Below, piece by piece: positions 1 through 9,739 of a stretch of 46,310 nucleotides of DNA. Numbering within the stretch: position 1 is the first letter of the stretch; each line of letters opens with the position of its first letter. Location of the stretch: NCBI GenBank assembly GCA_012455605.1, contig GCA_012455605.1_3618.2; one strand, written 5' to 3'. The notes beneath the pieces were generated by a model. It was given only the letters and a program-made list of their open reading frames with translations. It ran no database searches and was not told the DNA's origin. The translations under genes and the position numbers were made by a program. The stretch comes from a phage.

Positions 1-1
1 G

Positions 2-514
2 CCAAAAGGTAGGGTTGTTGGTTTTGGAAACCAGACTTTGCAATACTCTATGGCTTTCTCTGGAAACACTGCAGAGAACCTCCGCAGGTTTGCAAGGCTG
101 ACCAACTCCACATTTAGCGTTCAGGATGGGGCTTTGTATTGGACCAAGGTTGGAAAAAGGTTCAAAGACTCTGTGTTTGAAATAAGTGCAGAGTCTGGGA
201 TGCACGGATCTCCTACCCCTAAAAACCCAGAACCTGCTAAAAAACGAAAAGCTAAAGCTGCTGCCAAAGGTGGTTCGACATCTAAAAAGAAAAAGAAAAA
301 CCCGAGAGAGGATGTTGGCCTTACTGTAACCACATGCCTTAACGGAGCTATCCTCCCAGAGTCCACTATTTATCTTAAAAGCAAGCAATATACAGGCTTC
401 TATAAGGTGATCACGGTGCATCATAAGGGTACCATAGAAGGTGGTGATTACACTACAGAGCTTGGCCTTGGGGAAACAGTGGGTGGAGTTGTTGACAAAA
501 CTGAGGAGGTATAA
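2..514 (+). CDS. Baseplate hub/tail protein, C-terminal fragment (gpD / Mu gp44-like); 5' end lies outside the window
   Basis: Frame is open from base 2 to stop at 512-514 with no upstream stop. C-terminal motif YTGFYKVITVHHKGTIEGGDYTTELGLGE resembles the conserved end of late-control-D-type hub proteins. Lys-rich low-complexity stretch KKRKAKAAAKGGSTSKKKKK. Stop overlaps next start (TAATG). Confidence 0.45.
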   Translation, partial: PKGRVVGFGNQTLQYSMAFSGNTAENLRRFARLTNSTFSVQDGALYWTKVGKRFKDSVFEISAESGMHGSPTPKNPEPAKKRKAKAAAKGGSTSKKKKKNPREDVGLTVTTCLNGAILPESTIYLKSKQYTGFYKVITVHHKGTIEGGDYTTELGLGETVGGVVDKTEEV

Positions 515-1191
515 TGGCAATAAATAGGAAAGATGCTGCTGTAAGATCCTTCATAGAAAAAATAATGAGGGACTACCACACCAGTATCAGGGCCAGAGTT
601 GTCAGTGTAGACTACAGTATCCCTTCTGCAGCCGTGCAGCCAATTGCTGAAACCACGTTTGATGACGGGGATGTGGAGAGATACCCTCTTATCTATGACG
701 TTCCAATTCAGGTGATGTCTGCAAACAGCGGAAAGGCAAGGCTAACACTTCCTATTAAGGCTGGGGATGTTGTAGGATTGCAGTTTTCAGAGAGAAATGA
801 AAACAATAACGACGATCAACAAACTCACGGCCTGTTTCCGGGGTGGGCAATCACCTCTGTTCATTCAGACTCAAACGCCTTACAGATCGATCCTGATAAC
901 GTAGAGTTATGGAATGATAGGGTTTATTTTAAACTGACACCTTCTGGCGATTTTGAGCTTCAAACACCTGGTGGGACATTACGGTGCGACAGCAGCGGGG
1001 AGTTTTCTTTCACTAACGGGGCTGCCAATTTGCGAGCTGCTGTGGATGGGAATATCAGAATGAATGGTGCTACAATAGACCCATCTGGTAGAATTATAAC
1101 TGCTGCTGGCGTGGATTTGGATTCATTCTATGCAGAATATAAAGGTCATACCCACTCTTGCCCTGATGGCGAGACAAGTGGACCGCACTAA
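514..1191 (+). CDS. Baseplate central spike protein (gpV / gp5 OB-fold-like)
   Basis: ATG at 514 preceded by GAGGAGG. N-terminal pattern RVVSVDY...SANSGKARLTLPIKAGDVVGLQF resembles gpV/gp45 spike N-domain; C-terminal His/Cys cluster KGHTHSCPDGETSGPH. Sits between hub-like and gp25-like genes. Confidence 0.5.
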   Translation: MAINRKDAAVRSFIEKIMRDYHTSIRARVVSVDYSIPSAAVQPIAETTFDDGDVERYPLIYDVPIQVMSANSGKARLTLPIKAGDVVGLQFSERNENNNDDQQTHGLFPGWAITSVHSDSNALQIDPDNVELWNDRVYFKLTPSGDFELQTPGGTLRCDSSGEFSFTNGAANLRAAVDGNIRMNGATIDPSGRIITAAGVDLDSFYAEYKGHTHSCPDGETSGPH

Positions 1192-1203
1192 TAGAGGGCT
1201 TTC

Positions 1204-1920
1204 ATGGCTACGCTTTATAGTGATATATTGATGGACCCACAGACAGGCGATTTGGCGATAGACAAAGGTCTTGAGTTGATAGATTCAAACCAAGTAAGTC
1301 TGCGCCAGCGCTTGTGGATGAGGTTTAATACGTGGAAGGGGAGCTGGTACTTTGACGAGTTGTTTGGCTTCCCTTATATGGACTTTCTCAGTAAGAAGGT
1401 CATGAAGACTGTTCTTGATAACAAGATTATGGAAGTGGCAAGACAAGAGCCGGATGTGCTAAACATCGTAAACTTCCAGTCTACCATGGATCGAAGATCG
1501 AGAACATACCAAGCGTTCTTTGAGGTTGTTACCAAAGAGAACGAGATTGTAAGGCTGGCTTTTGTAGGTCTTGATCAGTTTACCTACCCACAGCCTGATT
1601 CTGGGACAACCTCTCTCTGTGATGATGAAGGTTGGATTAAGTGGGCTAATAAACTGTACTACCTGATCAACTTCAGATTGCCTAGAACCGGAGATGCCAC
1701 ATGGTGGAACCAGTATGCTGGTCCTGAGATGGAAAACCCGATCCCTGTAGGCTCTCTGTTGACTCAGGATAAAGATCTGCTGATGACTGAGGCAGAACAA
1801 ACCATTAACCGCAATACCTGGACGCTTGCTCCAGATGAGCGCGAATACTCTGGTGTTATTGCTACCTCCAATGATGAGGCTATTGCCAACCAGTCTGGTC
1901 GTGCTATTGATGTTAACTAA
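1204..1920 (+). CDS. Baseplate wedge protein, gp25/GPW-like, with C-terminal extension
   Basis: N-terminal LYSDI...SLRQRLWMRFNTWKGSWYFDELFGFPYMDFL...VARQEPDV matches the T4 gp25 / P2 gpW pattern (LYSDI, KGSxxFDPEFG, EPRI). 238 aa, longer than typical W proteins. Confidence 0.65.
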   Translation: MATLYSDILMDPQTGDLAIDKGLELIDSNQVSLRQRLWMRFNTWKGSWYFDELFGFPYMDFLSKKVMKTVLDNKIMEVARQEPDVLNIVNFQSTMDRRSRTYQAFFEVVTKENEIVRLAFVGLDQFTYPQPDSGTTSLCDDEGWIKWANKLYYLINFRLPRTGDATWWNQYAGPEMENPIPVGSLLTQDKDLLMTEAEQTINRNTWTLAPDEREYSGVIATSNDEAIANQSGRAIDVN

Positions 1921-1929
1921 GGAGAAATC

Positions 1930-2598
1930 ATGGCTGTAGCTTATCCTACAATACCAATTCCAGATCTTGAAGATGCAGAAACAGTCCTGAGTGATGACTT
2001 CTTGGTTGTCAACCAGACTGATGGGACAAGAAAGGCTAAGATTGATGATGTTGTCAACGATCTCAGCATTACTAAAATAGTCTATTTCACAGAGGGTGGT
2101 TATCTTAAGAGCAAGAAGGACTTTGCTTATGATCCAGAAACTAAGCGCTACTACACGTGGAACGGGGATTATCCTAAAATAATCCTCCCAGACTCCACTG
2201 TAGAGGGTGCTGGGGGTGTGTCTGCAAATGCCTGGTCTGTTTTTGGTGAGCTTGCTGCAACTTCTTCTGGCAGAATAGTTGATTACGGATCTATAGGTGG
2301 TCAGCTTGATATGGATCTTGAAGTTGCAGATACCTTTAAGGTTCGACTAACTTCAAATACCACAATCTCTTTTGAAAATCAAACAGAAGGTCTTGAAGGG
2401 GTGGCGAGAACTATAACCGTATGCATTACTCAGACCTCTGGCGGCAACAAAGTCTATTGGCCGGGTAATGTTAAATGGTCCTACGGAAGAGATCCTATCC
2501 TAACATTTACAGCTGGTGCAACAGACATTTTCAAGTTGGAAACCTACGACAACGGGTTAACTTGGTACGGGGCACTGATTATCGCAGGAGCTATCTAA
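1930..2598 (+). CDS. Tail fibre/adaptor protein with conserved N-terminal anchor domain
   Basis: RBS taaggagaaatc then ATG. First ~100 aa (LEDAETVLSDDFLVVNQTDGTRKAKIDDVV...FTEGGYL...DFAY) are homologous to the N-terminus of the 5233 fibre. Short (222 aa), immediately followed by gene 2600. Confidence 0.55.
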   Translation: MAVAYPTIPIPDLEDAETVLSDDFLVVNQTDGTRKAKIDDVVNDLSITKIVYFTEGGYLKSKKDFAYDPETKRYYTWNGDYPKIILPDSTVEGAGGVSANAWSVFGELAATSSGRIVDYGSIGGQLDMDLEVADTFKVRLTSNTTISFENQTEGLEGVARTITVCITQTSGGNKVYWPGNVKWSYGRDPILTFTAGATDIFKLETYDNGLTWYGALIIAGAI

Positions 2599-2599
2599 G

Positions 2600-5197
2600 A
2601 TGCGTATTCAACATAACATTGATAACGTATTTCAGATGATTGAGGGGCACAGGAAGTGCCTCGATAACAACACAGGTATTACCAACACCCCTACACAAAA
2701 TAAGCTAGTAAACCCTGATGGTCTTATAGCTGCAGGGTGGGCAGGTAATAAGATAAATAATGATTGGGCAATGCATGAGTCCCAAGCTGTGTTGATTCTG
2801 GGATACATTGAAGCATACAGGGCATCGAAAAGCGATTTCTATCTGGATAGGGCAAAAGATGCTTGGGAAGCTTATAATAGTCATCTTCTGGGTGCATATG
2901 CAGTAGAAAGTAAAATGCAAAGATTGTCCCACTACCCTCTATCCACAGATGGGGTTCCATCACATGGTGGGTTTAAAGATGTGGTGGTGTCTTTTACCAA
3001 TGGTAGAGGAAAAATTCCAGCTGGATCTCCGACATGGGGAGAATACCTGGACAAGGCATTCCAAGCGTATAACGGTGTGTTAGGAAGAAACACTGTAGAC
3101 TCTGATGTTTACGGTGGCACAGATGCTAACCCAGATTGGACAACATCCGGATTAAGTTGGTGGGTCGAGTGGTACATAGCATGGGATGGTAACCGCTATT
3201 GGGCTAACGGTAGCATAGCCGACAGTGGTCATACGTCTGTAGAGTTCGGCACAATCCAATTACAAGATAAGGGTGTTACAGGCAGCCACAAGGTGACCTA
3301 TTGTGTAAGATTACCTCAAGAGCAGGGTGGATCGGTGATACCTGCAGGATCCCCTGTAATTGTAAATCCTATAAACGTGGTTGCAGATAATCAGGCCCCA
3401 GAGTTGGACGGGGAAGAAATGTGGTGTGACGCTTGTTATCAACTCTACACCTTGACAGGTGAGGAAAAGTATTACACCGCGTTTGAACAGTCTTACAACA
3501 AGTTGCTTAATTTCAGTGATATAAACGCCTACGACAAACTGTTTAGGAAGACCACGTTGATTAAGGCACCGTTTACAGATGGTACTTGTCTTGTTGCAGG
3601 AACAGTTCCTGTCATGAGCAGGGACAGTGACGGGTATATCAATTTTAGAATGAACGCACGCCAGCCTTGCGAAATAATTCAAAAAGGGACTACATACAAA
3701 ATAGGCAGAGATGCTGAAATTGTTATGAATTTCGGAGGAGAAGGGGTTCTGTTCCAGCCACATTTCATCCTTAATGATGGCAACAATAACAAAAAACAGT
3801 ACAGGATAGGGGTTCCTTTTGGAGGGGCAGAGGTAACAGAAATAGTCGCCAAGGTTACTGATTTCGTAGAGGTAGTTGGTAAAGACGGTAATCCGTATCT
3901 CTTACCTAAAGAGGAAAACATTGTCGTAAGCGGTGGCGCTAGTGTTAGTATGCAGTATGATACCGACATTTACAACCACTCTGACAACTTCACCCGTTGT
4001 AATATAGCAAGAGGTAAAGTAACTTTCAATTTTGGAAGAGAGATTTCTTTAAACTCAGTAACTTATCGATCAGATGATGAGATGGTAAGGGTCAAATTTC
4101 TTGACAAAGACAGGTGGTTATGGTATGCTGATCTATATGCCACTAATGGACAATGGGTAACAGAAACTCTTACTCTAGGAGATTTCAAACTAGATCCGAC
4201 ACAACCTCATCACACCGAAGAAGAGATTAAACCTTTCTTTGCTAATCCTAAGGGGCTCACCTCTGTAGATTTCAGCCTAAGCGACAGACAGATAGGTAAT
4301 GGCTTGTTTGATCTGTACTGCGTAAACACGCTGCCGCAGTTCTATATTGCAGATAGGGATGCTTATCTAATATGGTTTAGCGTATGGATGGCAAGCAAGA
4401 CAGAATCAACCGCTAAGGTTGGTGATTGCTATGTCAGAAACTACAAGCAAGGTGCATACAGGCACACACCGGGTGTGTTCCCTGCCGGAAAGGTGATAGA
4501 TAAGGAAAACTATCTCTTAGAGGAAAAGCCAAATTGGCCCTACCCTGGCATGCAATACCCAGCAGTATACTGCATGGGTGCAGAAAACATAGATCGCCAT
4601 AGATTGTCAAATACAATAGGCTTTCTGTATGACGCTCAAGTCTGGTATAATAATACATTTAAGACAGAGGGTCCAGTTGCCTCGCGTTATGTATGGCAGA
4701 GAGGTAATGAAGGGCTGACTGGTTGGTGGGAGATGGTAGATAACTCTAAGCTCCAGTCAAGATCTTTTGTTGCTGCGTGCCGCACAATCTATGAGCTCAA
4801 GAAACATAAAGAACCTGTTGATGAAAGATTATTCCTGTTCTGCCAGAAATGGGCATGGTTTCTCAACAGATTCCAGTCATCTCATTCAGGAAATCTGCCT
4901 ACAGACTTTAACACCTCTGGGGGATATTCTTATCAAGACAGAGGGGACAGGATGTGGGTGGTAGGTGAATGGCTTGCAGGTTGCTGCTGGCTAGGTCTGT
5001 GCGGGTATTCAGAGACAATACCTCAAATAGATATTGTTGTAGAAGCCTGTATGAAGCTACTGCAAAAGCACCACTTCATCAATGGGGATAATGTTTTAAA
5101 CGGCTGCTGGGCAGTTTCTGATCCGGTGGGCTATCACTCTGGCGAAATCCTTCGCGGTCTGGGCCTCTATGCTCAATACCGTGGATTGTACCTTTAA
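2600..5197 (+). CDS. Tail-associated large protein, possible polysaccharide-degrading enzyme (depolymerase-like)
   Basis: ATG 2 nt after stop of 1930 gene. 865 aa. N-terminal region (GWAGNKINNDWAMHESQAVLILGYIEAYRASKSDFYLDRAKDAWEAY) is reminiscent of alpha/alpha-barrel glycoside hydrolase/epimerase folds. Function is inference only. Confidence 0.4.
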   Translation: MRIQHNIDNVFQMIEGHRKCLDNNTGITNTPTQNKLVNPDGLIAAGWAGNKINNDWAMHESQAVLILGYIEAYRASKSDFYLDRAKDAWEAYNSHLLGAYAVESKMQRLSHYPLSTDGVPSHGGFKDVVVSFTNGRGKIPAGSPTWGEYLDKAFQAYNGVLGRNTVDSDVYGGTDANPDWTTSGLSWWVEWYIAWDGNRYWANGSIADSGHTSVEFGTIQLQDKGVTGSHKVTYCVRLPQEQGGSVIPAGSPVIVNPINVVADNQAPELDGEEMWCDACYQLYTLTGEEKYYTAFEQSYNKLLNFSDINAYDKLFRKTTLIKAPFTDGTCLVAGTVPVMSRDSDGYINFRMNARQPCEIIQKGTTYKIGRDAEIVMNFGGEGVLFQPHFILNDGNNNKKQYRIGVPFGGAEVTEIVAKVTDFVEVVGKDGNPYLLPKEENIVVSGGASVSMQYDTDIYNHSDNFTRCNIARGKVTFNFGREISLNSVTYRSDDEMVRVKFLDKDRWLWYADLYATNGQWVTETLTLGDFKLDPTQPHHTEEEIKPFFANPKGLTSVDFSLSDRQIGNGLFDLYCVNTLPQFYIADRDAYLIWFSVWMASKTESTAKVGDCYVRNYKQGAYRHTPGVFPAGKVIDKENYLLEEKPNWPYPGMQYPAVYCMGAENIDRHRLSNTIGFLYDAQVWYNNTFKTEGPVASRYVWQRGNEGLTGWWEMVDNSKLQSRSFVAACRTIYELKKHKEPVDERLFLFCQKWAWFLNRFQSSHSGNLPTDFNTSGGYSYQDRGDRMWVVGEWLAGCCWLGLCGYSETIPQIDIVVEACMKLLQKHHFINGDNVLNGCWAVSDPVGYHSGEILRGLGLYAQYRGLYL

Positions 5198-5202
5198 CAT
5201 AG

Positions 5203-5222
5203 GGGGCTGTTTGCCCCCTTTC
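5203..5222 (+). terminator. Putative intrinsic terminator/attenuator after gene 2600
   Basis: Hairpin GGGGGC-tgttt-GCCCCC followed by short TTT; overlaps RBS of next gene, so may be partial. Confidence 0.4.
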
Positions 5223-5232
5223 AGGAGAAAGA

Positions 5233-8200
5233 ATGGCTGATATTAAAGTTGTCAGAATTGAATCTCTTCCTGCCACTACCGCAGTGACAGAGGATGATTA
5301 CCTGGTTGTTCAACAACCAGACCTGACCCGTCGTGTAAAAATTGGCGATGTTGTCCATGTGGATGGGACTGTTTCTCATGTAATCTCCTTTAAGGAAGGT
5401 GGTAAGTTAAACGGCCCAATGGATTTTGCCTACTTCGAAGAGGAAGACCTCTACCTGCGTTGGAAAGGCGAATTTCCACACACTGTTCCTGCACTATCTT
5501 CACCGTACGCTGATGGTGGGATTACTGACGCTGCATGGATGGTATATACTGACCCGTCCTTAAGGGAGGAGTTGGAATCTACCATTGGCGCATCTATGAT
5601 CATGACAGCCGAAGGGCAGTCTGTCCAGGATGTAATGGATGTTACTGTTCAGACAGCTAACGATGCTAAAGCCCTTGCACAGCGTGTAGATTTTGGTACA
5701 GTGCACACTGTAGGTGATGTTATCCACCTTGATAACTTTGTTGGCCCTGCAGTTATTGAAGAGGGAAGAACCACCAACTATCCCTCCGTAGCAGCTGGTG
5801 AAAAATTTCTGAACGGTGTGGTATCTCGTCGTGATACTACAACTGTTGATGGTATTTTCCGTGGAGCTACCTCCGGAGCTATGTATACCATCGCAGTAAC
5901 CAACGGTGTAGCGACAACAAAAAGAATAGCACTTCGTGATGAATTTAAACGCCTGGAGGCAAACAACCCAACAAGAACAGTTATCCGTGCTGGAGATGAT
6001 TTAAACACGGCAGGGTACTTGCAGCTTGATGCAACAGGCCGTTGGGGTATGTGGAACCAACAAACAGCCTCGTGGCAACCTCTTGCTATAGAGCAAGGCG
6101 GTACAGGGGCCAGAGATGCCGCTGGAGTCCGTATCAATATCGGGGCTTTCTATAAGCAACGTGCAGCCCTTGAGCCAAATTTCAATATCAATAACTTGAC
6201 TGGTAATCAGGATGGTGTATACTACCAGCCGATGACTGCTTATGCAACTGAGGCAAATGGTTACCCTGCAGGTTCTGGTGCTGGTCACTTGATTGTTTGG
6301 CAGAACAATGCTAACGGCGGTACAGGTTGTCGTCAGGAATACTACCCATTCTCTAACGTAGATGTTTGGTATTTGAGAACCTATCAGGCCAACACAAACC
6401 AGTGGACTGCATGGCAGCCGATGGTCAGACCTCGTAACGATGATACCTTTAGAGCGCACATCGGTCTTGGTCCTAGAAATACCCCTACCTTCGGGCACAT
6501 TTACCTGTCTCAAAGTTCTGCTGATGTTAAGTCAGCCTCGGGTATTGTTAACGGGGACAAATACAGCGCTGACGGTGTCCTTGAGCATGGATATAGGATC
6601 TATTCTGAGGTAAGAAACGACAATAAGGCTTGGTTGACAATCCACCTGCATAAAGGTGCAAAAGGATCTGAAACTCACAGATATTTAGGTTTCCGCGAAG
6701 ACGGAGTATTAGACTGCCCTAAATACATGCAGGTTGGGGATCTCACTGGTCAGCTGACAAACTGGGGACTTGGAGAGTGGATCCGTAGTTCAGGGGCAGA
6801 AAGAGGCTTCTGGGGGTCCAAGAAAGCCGCCAAGATGGTTGTCTGGGATGGTGGGATGGACGAATCCGGTAACGGCACTCTGGAATGGGGTGTTTATAAC
6901 AACCGGAAGGCCAAGTGGGAACCTTTACCTCAAGCCGCAGGTGGCACTGGAGCTACAACTTTAGCAGATGCTCAGAATCTGTTCAAAGTTCCTATAGCAG
7001 CAGGTGTGAAAGACTTCTTAACACTGCCAAGAACCGCAGGGATGGAAGATGGGAAATACTACCCGATCATCGTTAGAACAGATCCGTACTATGCTCCAGC
7101 AACTGGTACTGATATTACCATAGTTACCAGATCGTCATCTGGAAATGACCCTATGAACTGTGCTACCTTACAGTGTCACTATAGAACTGGTGGTTGGACA
7201 GACAGAGGAGACTCTTTCTACGGGGTAGTAAATTTCTACCAGAATGAAAAAGCACTTCTTGGGATGGTTGCTCCAACAAGGGGTAAACAAGAATATGTTG
7301 CTTTCTATGCAGAGGCGCGTGCTTTCCCTGTCAGCATATACGCAAGTAGAAATGTTGTCGAGGTGTTTACCAGGGAGCAAGATTACCAGGTTGGCTCTGT
7401 AACAGACAATCAGGACGGTGTTAAGTTCGTTGCACCTCTCCAGTCAGCAGATTTAAATCTGGCTGTTCTCGGAGATAACAATACCAACACCAGACCTATT
7501 GTTGACTTCAAAGGTACCTCTGGGTTCTACACTGGCGGCGGCACACAGTGGCACTATATAGGCACTGCTGAACGCTATGCGATAATGAGCAAAATGAACA
7601 TGCCTAAAGTAGAGCTATGGGCTGACGGTTTTGACTATTTGTGCTACAGTGGTCCTAGAAAGGCGCTATTCTCTAACGCAGGATTCCAGTGTGCATCAGA
7701 TGGAACAGAGGATCTAACTAACGGCACGTTTACCTCTAAATGCGGTAATGGTGCTGGCCTTAAAGGTCAAGCAGAGTTCAGGTCTACTCCAGAGGCTGGT
7801 CAAGTTATTGTTCGAGATGTTGTGGGCACAGCTCATAGATTCTACAACTTCAATAAGGATGGTACTTTTTCAGCCCCAGGTGGTTTTGTATGTCATACTG
7901 GTGGAGACTGGAACAACCAGTTCGGGCCTAATAACCCGTCAAAAATAATGGCTGGTAATGTTAACGGTCCACAAGACACCATGGTTGTAGGAGGTTTATC
8001 TGTAGGATTCTCGGGAAACTACGCTTTCCAGATTGCTGGCAGACAAAGTAACTTATACACCAGGTCTATAGAAGGCGGTAATCACCACCCTTGGAATAAG
8101 GCTATGCAGCACAGGGGTCAGGGTCTCGGTACCTCAGACCTTGACACCTATAATGGGTTGTGGGAAGGCATTTACCATCAATCGGCAAATAATGATGCAA

Positions 8201-9045
8201 CATATGATCGTCATTATCCGGTAAATGAAGCTGGAACACTTATTGTGTTGCAGAATAACGCCAATAACGGTAATGGGTGTGTTCAAGAGTATATTACCTA
8301 TCACGGCGATAGATTTATACGTTATGGTAATATGGTGAGACAAACCTTCACTTGGGGCCCGTGGACCCAAACAGGTGGCAATGGTGTTAGCTTCAGATAT
8401 GGAGGAACAACTCCCGAAGGGGAAATACCGACCTCAGAGTTAAAGGTATATATTTCTGGAAGCCATGTTACTAATAACGGTGGCAACATGCCTGCGAATA
8501 GCGCTCATATGCACTATTGGGGCAACGGCAGCACAGGGGATCGCCCAAACGTGTTAGAGTTTAAGGTTCTTGACGAGTCTCAAGCAAATTGGGTATGGCA
8601 TTGCGGTACCTTGCCGGATAAATCAAGATATCTTTCTGTAAACGGTGCTGTGAATTGCACATCTGTCAATCAGAGTTCTGACAGAGACCTGAAAGACAAC
8701 ATATCTGTTATTCCTGATGCGTTAGAAGCTATCCGGAAGATGAAGGGTTATACCTACACTTTAAAAGAGAATGGTATGCCTTATGCAGGTGTTATAGCAC
8801 AAGAAGTGCTTGAAGCACTGCCGGAAGCAGTTAGCTCTTTCGTGCAAAGAAAGGAAATCCCAAACCCTGATCAAGATGGAACTCCTTTGATAACAGAGGA
8901 AAGATTCTACAGCGTGGATTACGCAGCCGTAACAGGCTTGCTTGTCCAGGTTTGCAGAGAACAGGACGATAAAATAACCGCCCTTGAGGAGCAGGTTAAA
9001 AAATTGACAGAGGTTGTTACTGGGTTGCAAGAGAAACTGAAGTAA
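5233..9045 (+). CDS. Long tail fibre protein with C-terminal intramolecular chaperone (peptidase S74-like) domain
   Basis: 1270 aa. N-terminal anchor homologous to gene 1930. Internal fibre-repeat motifs (WxPLxxxxGGTGA...A..N). C-terminus SDRDLKDNISVIPDALEAIRKMKGYTYTLKENG...AQEVLEALPE...coiled coil matches the Ser-Lys autoproteolytic chaperone pattern of endosialidase/T5 L-shaped fibres. Confidence 0.7.
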   Translation: MADIKVVRIESLPATTAVTEDDYLVVQQPDLTRRVKIGDVVHVDGTVSHVISFKEGGKLNGPMDFAYFEEEDLYLRWKGEFPHTVPALSSPYADGGITDAAWMVYTDPSLREELESTIGASMIMTAEGQSVQDVMDVTVQTANDAKALAQRVDFGTVHTVGDVIHLDNFVGPAVIEEGRTTNYPSVAAGEKFLNGVVSRRDTTTVDGIFRGATSGAMYTIAVTNGVATTKRIALRDEFKRLEANNPTRTVIRAGDDLNTAGYLQLDATGRWGMWNQQTASWQPLAIEQGGTGARDAAGVRINIGAFYKQRAALEPNFNINNLTGNQDGVYYQPMTAYATEANGYPAGSGAGHLIVWQNNANGGTGCRQEYYPFSNVDVWYLRTYQANTNQWTAWQPMVRPRNDDTFRAHIGLGPRNTPTFGHIYLSQSSADVKSASGIVNGDKYSADGVLEHGYRIYSEVRNDNKAWLTIHLHKGAKGSETHRYLGFREDGVLDCPKYMQVGDLTGQLTNWGLGEWIRSSGAERGFWGSKKAAKMVVWDGGMDESGNGTLEWGVYNNRKAKWEPLPQAAGGTGATTLADAQNLFKVPIAAGVKDFLTLPRTAGMEDGKYYPIIVRTDPYYAPATGTDITIVTRSSSGNDPMNCATLQCHYRTGGWTDRGDSFYGVVNFYQNEKALLGMVAPTRGKQEYVAFYAEARAFPVSIYASRNVVEVFTREQDYQVGSVTDNQDGVKFVAPLQSADLNLAVLGDNNTNTRPIVDFKGTSGFYTGGGTQWHYIGTAERYAIMSKMNMPKVELWADGFDYLCYSGPRKALFSNAGFQCASDGTEDLTNGTFTSKCGNGAGLKGQAEFRSTPEAGQVIVRDVVGTAHRFYNFNKDGTFSAPGGFVCHTGGDWNNQFGPNNPSKIMAGNVNGPQDTMVVGGLSVGFSGNYAFQIAGRQSNLYTRSIEGGNHHPWNKAMQHRGQGLGTSDLDTYNGLWEGIYHQSANNDATYDRHYPVNEAGTLIVLQNNANNGNGCVQEYITYHGDRFIRYGNMVRQTFTWGPWTQTGGNGVSFRYGGTTPEGEIPTSELKVYISGSHVTNNGGNMPANSAHMHYWGNGSTGDRPNVLEFKVLDESQANWVWHCGTLPDKSRYLSVNGAVNCTSVNQSSDRDLKDNISVIPDALEAIRKMKGYTYTLKENGMPYAGVIAQEVLEALPEAVSSFVQRKEIPNPDQDGTPLITEERFYSVDYAAVTGLLVQVCREQDDKITALEEQVKKLTEVVTGLQEKLK

Positions 9046-9052
9046 CTGTTTT

Positions 9053-9084
9053 GCCCTCGCTGCTTCGGCGGGGGCTTTTTGTTT
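9053..9084 (+). terminator. Intrinsic terminator
   Basis: GC-rich hairpin gccctcgc-tgcttcg-gcgggggc followed by TTTTTGTTTG. Confidence 0.7.
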
Positions 9085-9087
9085 GTA

Positions 9088-9116
9088 TTGCGTATTAACT
9101 TAAAATCTGGTAAAAT
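9088..9116 (+). promoter_or_regulatory. sigma70-like promoter with extended -10 (TTGCGT-17-TGg-TAAAAT)
   Basis: TGGTAAAAT extended -10 at 9108-9116, weak -35 TTGCGT 17 nt upstream; lies between terminator and RBS of gene 9148; motif recurs at 14599 and 20930. Confidence 0.5.
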
Positions 9117-9147
9117 AACTATCATGATTGTTTAACCAGGAGGCACA

Positions 9148-9738
9148 ATGTTTTTATGGGAAAGGCCTAGATACCTTCCAGATATTAGATTGGAGCTGCT
9201 GGCAGATATTGTTACGTTTAAAAGTCCGTTTACAGGTAAAGCGCAAAAAGTAACCTATGCCACGCCCAACTGGAAAGGCACTTTAACGGTTTCCAATATC
9301 AGCGAGTCACAGTTGTTAGAGCTTAAAAGCTTTGTTGATCAGGTGTATAAAGATGGAAACATCTTTCTTATTAAAACTTACGGTCACTCAGTTACAGCTA
9401 ATGAGCCAATCGCCCTTGGGCCTACTGGTAACGACGATTTTTTGAAGACGGTTGGGTGGGAGCCAAACAGAGACATAGCCAGAGCCGGAGATAAAATATC
9501 TGTCAATGATGAATTGAAAGTGGTAACAGCTCCAGTGCGTAGCGATGGTGTTGGGTCTGCTGTTATAAGCATATCTCCAAGACTTAGAAAACCTATTGCC
9601 GCAGGGGACACTATGAAGATAATAACTCAATCTCCGAAGGGCAGGTTTCATATTAGAGATATTTATAAAATTAAGCAAAAAGTCGATGCTATGCAAAAAG
9701 GTGATAATATAGTTATCAACTTCTTTGAGGATTTCTAA
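9148..9738 (+). CDS. Tail tip/baseplate-associated protein, unassigned
   Basis: ATG with AGGAGG RBS; first gene of a four-gene translationally coupled unit ending in the J-like fibre. No family recognised by eye. Confidence 0.4.
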   Translation: MFLWERPRYLPDIRLELLADIVTFKSPFTGKAQKVTYATPNWKGTLTVSNISESQLLELKSFVDQVYKDGNIFLIKTYGHSVTANEPIALGPTGNDDFLKTVGWEPNRDIARAGDKISVNDELKVVTAPVRSDGVGSAVISISPRLRKPIAAGDTMKIITQSPKGRFHIRDIYKIKQKVDAMQKGDNIVINFFEDF

Positions 9739-9739
9739 G

